Below are positions 53,746 through 64,000 of a DNA stretch of 64,000 nt, in pieces. The first letter of the stretch is position 1, and each line of letters starts with the position of its first letter. The notes under the pieces are model-generated. The model was not told the origin of the DNA, made no database searches, and saw only the letters and a list, made by a program, of their open reading frames with translations. The stretch is from Octopus vulgaris (Eukaryota): positions 25,978,001-26,042,000 of the forward strand of contig OX597815.1 in NCBI GenBank assembly GCA_951406725.2, given 5' to 3'. The position numbers and the translations under genes were made by a program.

Positions 53746-54574
53746 ATATAAATTGGACGACTAGGAATATTCAGAGCAGCTTTACTCTGTTGTTGTCTTA
53801 AAAATTATTTTATGGAAGCTATTGGCGTATATCTTGATACAATATGATGCACCAAATATGCAACGTTTATAATTCATTTTGTAATAATCTAGATTTTCCT
53901 TTCAATATATCTCTTGGTAATGTATTTTTCTTCAGTATATGTTGATCATGTACACATCTTATTTCTGTGATACAAAAATATTCTCTTTTTCTATCATTCA
54001 TATTTTCACACCCACTCGTGTGTACCCATAAACACTACGCAGATATACGCACGCACATACGCACATATACACTTATCACACAGATATATACCTGCAAGAA
54101 CACAGACACACACACCTATATGTCTACATGCACCTGTACAAACATATATGTGCATATGAGTATATGTAGGTATACACTGATATTTGTAACACGCACGCTC
54201 ACACACACACACTCACTCATATGTATATACACAGGTTCAAAATTAACGGCGGGTATAACAATACAACCAAAAACAATTAAATGGAAATGTGTGTGTGTGT
54301 GTGTGAGAATATATTTGTATATGTATGTGTTTGTATGCAAGTATGTATGTATGTATGTTTGTATGTATGATCATACCCATGTATCTATGCATATACATAT
54401 ATATATTTGTGTGTGTGTGTGTGTATGTGTGTATGTATGTATATATATGTATATGTACATATATATATATATATAATATACATATTTATATATGTATATG
54501 TGTATGATGTATATATACATATATACATATATATATGCATATATACATGTATACATACATATATATATGTGTAT

Positions 54575-54661
<87 letters not shown>

Positions 54662-55390
54662 GCACCAGTCATGAAGCCAAAGACGAAATGAAGATATCTA
54701 ATGAAGTGAAATTTTAAGTTATGAGGAATTAAATTAGTTGCAATAGATTAATTTATTTGGCTAGGTCATTAAAATAATAATAATCTTGAACAAAATCCGA
54801 AATGAAAATTAATATAAATTATGTTCGTTTGCTTTATGTAGAGGCATGCTTAATAAATAAATTGTTTTTAAACTTTAATATATTGCCGAATCAGTGTTCT
54901 CGAAATGAACTTCTCTGTAGATTTGTTTTCTAAAGTTTGTTTAATTTCCTGTATTAATTATTAATTTCGGTATCCTGAAATAGTTTTCATAATAGAATTC
55001 CAAGTTGTGCTAATTAATTATGAATATAGTGTAAATGATCATCGCTTTTTGCTTAGCTGATTACCATTGTTGATGGCTGATGGCGATACTTATATTTAAG
55101 TCAGATATTTACCATACACGAATACTCCCCACCACACACACGCATACACACATACACACATACACACACAAACATACGCTCACTCGTAATTACACACGCA
55201 TACATTTCGACACATAAAGCACACATGCGCACATGCAAACATATACATACATACATACATACATACATACATACATACATACATACATACACATAAACGT
55301 GTTTAATTAAATATATGCTAAATTTCTAAAACGCTATTAATGTAGTTTATATATATATATTATAAATTCAGACGCACACACACTCACGCA

Positions 55391-55460
<70 letters not shown>

Positions 55461-55669
55461 GATACATACAAACACATGCATACATACATACATATACACA
55501 CGCGATCTCACACATGCGCGTACACATACGCACACACACATATCTGTGCATATCTACTTTTTTTCTCTTAAGCTGTTGTTATTACCTTACAGAAAATCTC
55601 ACTCATTAATTTATATTTTCATATTATTAAAAGTTTCTTCCTGCTTATTAGACTTTAGTTGTTTCTGTT

Positions 55670-55870
55670 ATTATTTCGCCCCATGTCAGCACAGATCGGA
55701 TATACCATGATCAAAGACATGCCAGCCCTGATCATCTTATCATATTGTATATTTAGTAATGTATTGGTTAATTAGTCTAAATTCTTTTCAAAAATGGATA
55801 GTTTCTGATTTGAGGAAATTTGACGGCGAATTCTTGCACGTCGAGCGACTATATAGCGGTTCTCATTTTG
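55670..55870 (+). repeat. Old dispersed repeat; related copies at ~13285-13330 (-), 51670-51730 and 60140-60330
   Basis: Shared motif …c.atgatcaaag….[tg]ccag.c.tga.cat…. Confidence 0.5.
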
Positions 55871-55994
55871 GCTAGCATTTGTTAACTAAATCCCTTCAAG
55901 TCCGGGTTAAGTCAAAATCTGTAGATTAATTCGAGATGCTATGTTTTGCGAAATAGTTTTTTAGGCCAATGGCTATCATACTCTTTTTTTATTA

Positions 55995-56420
55995 CTTTAC
56001 TTACTTTTTTACTTTTCACTTTTTACTTGTTGAAGTCATGTGACTGTGGCCATGCTGGAGCACCACCTTTAGTCGAGCAAATCGACCCCAGGACATATTC
56101 TTTGTAAGCCTAGTATTTATTCTATTGGTCTGTTTTGCCGAACCGCTACGTTAAGGGGACGTACACCAGCATCGGTTGTCAAGAGATGTTGGGGGGGGGG
56201 GCACAGATACACAGACATATATACACACATACACACACATATATATATATATACATATATACGACGGGCTTCTTTCAGTTTCCGTCTACCAAATCCACTC
56301 ACAAGGCTTTGGTCGGCCCGAGGCTATAGTAGAAAACACTTGCCAAAGGTGCCACGCAGTGGGAGTGAACCCGGAACCATGTGGTTGGTAAGCAAGCTAC
56401 TTCCCACACAGTCACTCATA
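55995..56420 (-). mobile_element. SINE family B
   Basis: Full head to tail. Confidence 0.92.
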
Positions 56421-56663
56421 CGTCTAAAAGTTGTATTATTTGAGTCTCCATTAGACAAGTTAGTGGTTTTTTATTTTTTGTTTCTCATAAAAGACATTTG
56501 TTGGATAATTTGTAACAAAATTATTGCTTATAGATACCCGATGGTGAAAAATTGTGTATGCCATCTAAAGAGAGAGGGGGAGGGAGGGAGACAGAGAGAG
56601 AAAGCGACAAAGTTGTTGCGTCGCCTAAATTCTTATAATGTTAATATATATATGTATGTGTGG

Positions 56664-56895
56664 AAGGCGGCGAGCTGGCAGAAACGTTAGCACGCCGGGC
56701 GAAATGCGTAGCCGTATTTCGTCTGTCGTTACGTCCCGAGTTCAAATTCCGCCGAGGTCGACTTTGCCTTTCATCCTTTCGGGGTCGATAAATAAAGTAC
56801 CAGTTACTTACTGGGGTCAATGTAATCGACTTAATCCGTTTGTCTGTCCTTGTTTGTCCCCTCTGTGTGTAGCCCCTTGTGGGTAGTAAAGAAAT
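56664..56895 (+). mobile_element. SINE family A, full-length long-tail copy
   Basis: A/B boxes, core, tail running into (TA)n. Confidence 0.95.
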
Positions 56896-57361
56896 ATATA
56901 TATATATATATATGTGCGTGTGTGCGTGTGTACGTACCTGCATGTGTGTGTGTACGCGTGTGTGTGAGCGTGTATTTACAAGAAGAAGATTGAAAGTGAC
57001 TTCGAAGTTTCCGCTTACTAGTCTTCATTAAGCTGTTACAAGATGAAAGCCAGTAAGTCGAAATTCTGAATTCGCAGTCAAACTTTTGTACGTAATAATT
57101 AGTAAATATCGACTCTAATTTTAAAAAAAAGTATTGAATAATTCTTCTGTTTATGTTAGATTGTTTTTAAATATAACTTCAAAACAGACACACACATACA
57201 GAAAGCTAGAAAAGGTTCGTAGCGATTTTGAAGTTCCGTCCGTTAAATCTTATACCATATAAGGCATACTCAGTATTCCAGTAAAAAGTATTTTAAATAT
57301 GAAACATCACTAAAGAAGCATTTTACACAACGAAAAATGCATCTTTTCTTAGATACCATTT

Positions 57362-57548
57362 TTTTTTACTTGTTTCAGTCATTTGACCGTGGCCATGCTG
57401 GAGCACCGTCTTTTTAGTCGAGCAAATCGACCCCAGGACTTATTTTTTGTAAGCCTAGTACTTATTCTATCGGTCTCTTTTGCCGAACTGCTCAGTTACG
57501 GGGACGTAAACACACACCATCCGTTGTCAAGCTATGTTGGGGGTACAA

Positions 57549-57604
<56 letters not shown>

Positions 57605-57905
57605 TACTCTTTTACTCTTTTACTTGTTTCAGTCATTTGACTGCGGCCATGCTGGAGCACCGCCTTTAGTCGAGCAAATCGACCCCGGGACTTATTCTTT
57701 GTAAGCCCAGTACTTATTCTATCGGTCTCTTTTGCCGAACCGCTATATATATATATATATACGACTGACTCCTTTCAGTTTCCGTCTACCAAATCCACTC
57801 ACACTATAGTAGAAGACACTTGCCCAAGGCACCACGCAGTGGGACTGAACCCGGAACCATGTGGTTGGTAAGCAAGCTACTTACCACACAGCCACTCCTG
57901 CGCCT
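57362..57905 (-). mobile_element. SINE family B with tandemly duplicated 3' half
   Basis: Tail ttttacttgtttcagtcatttgac occurs at ~57365 and ~57618; single head at ~57905. Confidence 0.9.
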
Positions 57906-58012
57906 ATTTGATTATTACTTTAAAAAACGTTTTTGGCATGAAATACAAAGTAGTGAAATAGCGGTTGACTATTACAATACTATAATAATATTAATATATA
58001 TTTGCTCTGTAC

Positions 58013-58665
58013 GCGGCGCTTGTGTGGCCCTGTGTTAAGATTTTTGCTTCTCAACCACATAGTTCTCTATTCAGTCCCACTGCGTGGTACCTTTTGTCTT
58101 CTATTTAGCCTCAGGTAGAGCAAAGCCTTGTGAGTGGATTCAGTAGATGGAAATGGAGAGAAGCACGCCGTCCATGTGTGTGTGTGTGTTTGCATGCGTC
58201 CGTATCTGTTTGTCTTTGTATTTGCGTTTCTCCCATCCCACCACTTGACCACCAGAAGTTCGACAAAAGAATAAGTTCCAGGCTTTAAAAAATAAAATCA
58301 GGTCCTGGGATCGATTTGTTTGACTAAACACTGCAAGGTGGAGGCGCGTGGCTTAGTGGTTAGGGTGTCAACATCATGATCGTAAGATTGTGGTTTCGAT
58401 TCCTGGACCGGGCGATGCGTTGTGTTCTTGAGCAAAACACTTCATTTCACGTTGCTCCAGTCCACTCAGCTGGCAAAAATGAGTAACGCTGCGATGGACT
58501 GGCGTCCCGTCCAGCTGGGGAACACACACACCGTACAAACCAGAAAACCGGGCCCATGAGCCTGGCTAGGCTTTAAAAGGACGCATTTATTATCATTAAA
58601 CACTGCAAGGCGGTGCTACAGCACGGCTACATTTCAATGACTGCAACACGTGGACGAAAGATAAA
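58013..58665 (+). mobile_element. Older SINE family B copy hosting a family D insertion
   Basis: Head at 58013; tail ggcggtgctacagcacggc…atgactg after the insert. Confidence 0.8.
58339..58596 (+). mobile_element. SINE family D (CORE/OR2-like) with 14-bp TSD
   Basis: TSD taaacactgcaagg at 58325-58338 and 58597-58610; A box tggcttagtgg, B box gtttcgattcc. Confidence 0.93.
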
Positions 58666-59413
58666 AATGTTTCGTAATTTATTCATAATGAAGTTGCAGA
58701 CATATAATTTCATCTATATTTCTCTGTATTATAAAACACCTGTACATGTGTAGTCTTTAAAAGCAATTAATTATGCTCTACTTGATTCATTATATATTTA
58801 AGAATTATCCTTTCATTCTTTTGCGTAATATATTATTATCTTTAAGTAGCTTAAAACAAACACTTATTTGTAATTGAAAAAATTTTATTCATTCTTATTC
58901 ATCATATTTTTCGATGGTACCTTGAGTCAAATCTTTGTTTTATCAATTGCATTCTTTTCATGATCTGGAAATGTTAGAACAATAACAGACATTTTAGACA
59001 AAGGTAACAACGCGAATTATACGCGGAATATATGTTCTTTGACAGTTATTATGTCATAAGAATTGTATGAAACAGTTTTTTGTTCTTGTGCTCTCAATCT
59101 GTTCATTAATAGCCTCTTCTATTATATTAATGAAACTGAAGCAGAACATCAGTGATTTGTCTCGTAGGTTCTGTCAAAATTTATGCAATTAATTATGTGT
59201 TTAAAAGTACGTATTTGCATGTGACAGTATGTGCATGTGTATGTGTGTGCATATATTTATGTGTGTATGTATGTATGTATATGCTTATAGTAATCATATA
59301 TATATATACACATACAACCACAGGTACATATATATGCACTTATGTATATGGATGTTTTTATACATATGCATATACATGTATACATGTATACATATATATA
59401 CGTATATATCTAA

Positions 59414-59823
<410 letters not shown>

Positions 59824-59926
59824 ATGACGCACTTGGATGTCCCTAGCGGCGTTGCATGTTTATGAACTAGCGCCCTTAAAAGCTGAGGGAGTCTTAAAAA
59901 TTCGCATTATTACAACTACTTAGTCT

Positions 59927-60118
59927 GAGACGGCGAGCTGACGGAATCGTTAGCACAACATACAAAATGCTTAGCGGCTTTTCCTCCCGCCGATGTCAAC
60001 TTTGCCTTTCATCCTTTCGGGATCGATAGAATAAGTACCAGTTGATCACTGGAGCCGATGTCATCGACATAACCCTCTCCTACTGAAATTTCAGGTTTTT
60101 TGCCTATATTAGAAAAGG
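59927..60118 (+). mobile_element. SINE family A, short-tail copy lacking the B-box region
   Basis: Head and core present, middle deleted. Confidence 0.82.
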
Positions 60119-60599
60119 TTATCATGGTTTGTGGTTTGTCCGGAATGAACTCTGATGGAGAACTTTGATCAATGACAATCCAGCCTTGACTATCATAATT
60201 TTTTCATCTTGAGTAACATTGTCCAATGTGTTGTTTTCCTTTCTAAAACTTGAAAGAAATAAAATATGTAGTAGCGTTTGATTAATGGAAGATATCTCTG
60301 GGTTTTTTTCTATCAAACTGAACCACTAGAGAGAGAGGGAGGGAGAAAAAGGAAGAGAGTTGACTTATTCTTCTTCTTTCAATCAGGACTCCCGCCATTA
60401 GCCACAAAGAATAATCTCTAATTCGAGCCTACTCTAAGCTACTAAGCTACGTTGTTATCCTCATTCCGTAAACGGTGGCTTTTAACGGGTGGAGAGCTGA
60501 ACTATCCTGGGGTACAGAGGATTCGCAATCTAGACTAGGGTCTGAAAGTTTACCACACCATAGTCGGTTACACCATGGTTGCTCTGCTTTGTAGCAGAA

Positions 60600-60788
60600 G
60601 TTAGAAGAAAGAGTGAGAGAAAGTTGTGGTGAAAGAGTACAGAAGGGTTCACCACCCTCCTCCGCCGGAGCCTCGTGGAGCTTAGGTGCTTTTGCTCAGT
60701 AAACACTCACAATGCCCGATTCGGGAATCGAACCGCGTTCTTACGACCGCGAGTCCGCTGCCCTAACCACTGGGCCATGGCGCCTCCA
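60600..60788 (-). mobile_element. SINE family C
   Basis: Homologous to 17815-17988. Confidence 0.85.
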
Positions 60789-61334
60789 CAGAGAGTTGTT
60801 TTACTTCGAAGTAGTGAGGTGTCCACTTTGTTCTAAATACTTGGGTGGGTATGAAAAATGTAACGTTTTCAAGTTTGCGATTACATCCCAGACATAAATA
60901 GTCAATTGGGCCATGTATTCTGTCGGATTAATAATATAATAAGCGACATACAGAGATTCTAATTATTAACCTATGGTGGACTAATGAAGTAAAATATTGT
61001 TTACCAAAATGCTGAGAGGTTGTACAGTGCATAGTATTATATAATCTGTGTATATTCACACCGCTTCATAACCAGACATTGCTTGAGTCACAACAATGTA
61101 ATGTAAAGATTCCTCGTTTTATTACTTCAAAGGGATAGTATGAAATATTTTAACTATCGCACTTACGCACGAATACGCACAACACCTACATACACACTTG
61201 CACAGAGAATATACTCACGACATAGAAGCGCGCACATACACACTGCATGCACTCACACATACCATACACTTATGTATACAACACAAACAACAAACAACGG
61301 GAAGTAAAGGAAGAGAAGACAAAGTGACAAACAG

Positions 61335-61412
<78 letters not shown>

Positions 61413-61699
61413 GGAGAGAGGGAGAGAGGGAGACAGAGAGAAGGTGAAAGACAGGCGAACAGAGACAGAGAAAGATAGAGAAAAGGGAAGAGAAAGAATT
61501 GGGAAAGAACGAGAGAGAAAGGGAAGGAGATTGAGTAGCCGAATGACTGACGTGATATCTTGGAATATACCCGGAGAGATTTCGTGAAATGTCGAATAAT
61601 TTATTTGCTATGGGTAGTTGGAAGTTTAAAGTTTCGGGCTACTGTTATACAACAGATATTAGAAGAAAACAAAATTTTTTGCTCTTGACAAACTGTATA

Positions 61700-62116
61700 T
61701 ATTTCTTTACTGCCCACAAGGGGCTAAACATAGAGGAGACACACAAGGACAGACAAAGGGATTAAGTCGATTACATCAACCCCAGTGCGAAACTGGTACT
61801 TAATTTATCGACCTCGAAAGGATGAAAGGCAAAGTCGACCTCGGCGGAATTTGAACTCAGAACGTAACGGCAGACGAAATACCTATTTCTTTATGACCCA
61901 CAAGGGCCTAAACACAGAAGGGACAAACAAGGACAAAGGGATTTAGTCGATTATATCGACCGCAGTGAGTAACTGGTACTTATTTAAAATCGACCCCGAA
62001 AGGATTAAAGGCAAAGTCGACCTCGGCGGAATTTGAACTCAGAACGTAACGACAGACGAATTACCGCTAGGCATTTCGTCCGGCGCGCTAACGTTTCTAC
62101 TAGCACGCCGCCTATT
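61700..62116 (-). mobile_element. Head-to-tail SINE family A dimer inside one 18-bp TSD
   Basis: TSD ctcttgacaaactgtata at 61682-61699 and 62117-62134; full copy 61884-62116 plus 5'-truncated copy 61700-61883. Confidence 0.93.
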
Positions 62117-62407
62117 CTCTTGACAAACTGTATAGGAAGTGAATATCACCTGACTCAGTTAGGCAATCACTCAATGATCATTTTCAACTCTCTGCTATAA
62201 AGCAACAGCTCCAAACTGTAGACCGTTCTCTTGCTCCTGGAATTTGGATTATATGACAATCAACAATTTCTCTTTTTTGATTTATTCTTACCACCGTAGA
62301 CCCTCGTCACTTTCCTTGGATTCAGTATTTCACTTCCGTTCATATATTCTGTAACAGCAAATCTTTAAACATTTTTTTGTCCTTGGTCAGTGGTTCTCAG
62401 TGTAGCC

Positions 62408-62642
62408 CAGTGGTTTTCAATCATTCTTTCCCCTATAAACCCCTTTGATTCTTATTTCACTGATGTGGACTCCCATAGCCATTCGATTTTTTTTAAAATC
62501 CTGTTATATTTTTATAATCAAATATTATTAGGAATTGTATTTAAAAAAATTAAGATATTTTGTGTATTCTAGAAGTAAAAGCATACAGCAAAATTTTATA
62601 TGGAGCGCCAAGGGTCATGTGGGCTCTGGTTGAAAACCACTG
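62408..62642. mobile_element. hAT (Charlie-like) MITE
   Basis: 15-bp TIR cagtggttttcaa[t/c]c; degenerate 8-bp TSD gtgtagcc/gtctagtg. Confidence 0.8.
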
Positions 62643-62999
62643 GTCTAGTGGTTTTGCTTTAGATGTCTAAGTAAAACAAATGTTACGGGGTGATTATCCT
62701 GAATAAACTTATGTGTGAAATAGTTGTAGCGGGTGTTTGGCTACATTCGGTCATTGAACAGACTGAAAAACTGGTGTTCATATCACGGCCCGATGGTCCC
62801 TTGTTATTGTAAAGAGACATAAAAGATTTCCGTGTTAGTCTCCTTCTCCCTCCCTTCAGTTCTCCTTTTCACCATCTCCTAAATATCAATACGTGTGTGT
62901 GTGTGTGTGAGAGAGAACGTACGCTTTCTATGAGTATATATGAGTGAGAAAAAGAAAGAGAAAAGGAACAGAGGGAGAGAGAGATGTAGCCGGTTTTCG

Positions 63000-63260
63000 A
63001 TTCGTTGATATCTGCGGTATTCCACAGTATTTTCTATAGCCAAATCAGTACATCTCAGACTGATAAATACTAAACCCATTTCCCAGAATATTGCTCTACT
63101 CTCTTTACTAACGAGAAGATTATTAAGCCATTCATATAATTTTTCTTTCTTCGCCATAATATTGGACAAGTTTAAAATTTTAAAACCAACTTAACTTTAT
63201 TAAACAGAAAATTCCCAGCCTTCTTTTCAGTCTTCACAGCTCTCTCACCCCATAGAGAAG
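63000..63260 (-). mobile_element. Possible highly decayed CR1-like RT fragment
   Basis: KLVQYYG…KLYEWLNNLL resembles KL..YGI.G.L..W..SFL. Confidence 0.35.
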
Positions 63261-63661
63261 CAATGGTCTCAGTCAAGGCAGACTGCTTCCTGCGGTACTT
63301 TCTGAATGGTACGAAAAGTTACCTTGAAGTAGTGCTACCCGCCTGTCTCATGCGGCCCACTTCCTCCAAAACAGGTTATCCATGTCTAGAATCTATACAA
63401 CCGTCTCAATGCTTCAATACAGGTGGATGTACAACTGGACATGTATGAACACTGTTCAATTGCAAAATAGGTTGACTTATGGAGCAGAATCTCTGATTAT
63501 TTCGTTAGGTTTTACCGCGCTATTGAAATCCTCCTTTGTCCGAGAGGGACAAACCACGCTTTGAAATTACGTTGCGCTACATAATAGGGAAACGAACTCC
63601 TAGCGATGATATAATAATCATATAGCCTAATAATCATATATCATCGGCTGGTATAATAATA

Positions 63662-63869
63662 ATCCTTTCTACTGGAAGCACAAAGCCTCGAATTTGGAGG
63701 ACTGGTCGATTACATCGACACCAGTACTCAGCTGGTACTTCATTTACCCCGAAAGGATAAAAGGCAAGGTCGACCTCGGCGGAATTTGAACTCAGAACGT
63801 AGCGGCAGACGAAATGCCGGTTAAGCATTTCGCCCAGCGTGCTAACGATTCTGCCAGCTCGCCGCCTTG
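63662..63869 (-). mobile_element. SINE family A, short-tail copy
   Basis: A/B boxes, core and tail. Confidence 0.9.
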
Positions 63870-64000
63870 GGTGATATTATAATTATATAGCCTGATCAGC
63901 TATATGATTAACATACCTTTAGCTTCAACCAGTTTACACACACATGCGCGCGCGCAGTCACACAAACACGCGCGCACACTCACATACACACGCACGCTTA

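Noticed and set aside
56664-56760. tRNA-like A/B boxes as tRNA genes (also other SINE heads)
   Set aside because: No complete cloverleaf; always followed by SINE body, tail and TSD
63263-63564. Short ORFs containing LTYGAES
   Set aside because: A single RTE-like word without surrounding motifs; cannot distinguish exon, TE relic or chance

Overview
Repeat-saturated, AT-rich eukaryotic DNA that looks like octopod cephalopod (Octopus) intergenic or intronic sequence. This assignment is inferred from the SINE families and the extreme (TA)n/(CA)n/(TATC)n/(TAA)n density. I cannot support any intact host protein-coding gene; nearly all ORFs in the track are translations of microsatellites. The recognisable content is mobile DNA: four tRNA-derived SINE families (about 35 copies); decayed LINE fragments (R4/Dong-type REL clade, CR1, Tx1/L1-like, RTE-like); Penelope-like (GIY-YIG) remnants; two mariner elements; one Tc1 fragment; two hAT MITE families; and four non-autonomous Helitrons. 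The most interesting signal is a dense set of short Penelope-type terminal-repeat elements sitting in (TA)n tracts. These carry minimal type-I hammerhead ribozyme folds with palindromic stem III (ACGU/AGCU/ACGAUCGU), base-pair covariation between copies, and a family-wide non-canonical core (CUGUYGA). Also visible are SINE 3' tails matching LINE 3' ends in the same window, two pre-miRNA-like hairpins in unique sequence, several long inverted repeats or palindromes, and nested insertions that can be resolved to the base. All alignments and folds were done by eye, so coordinates are approximate unless TSDs or TIRs are quoted.
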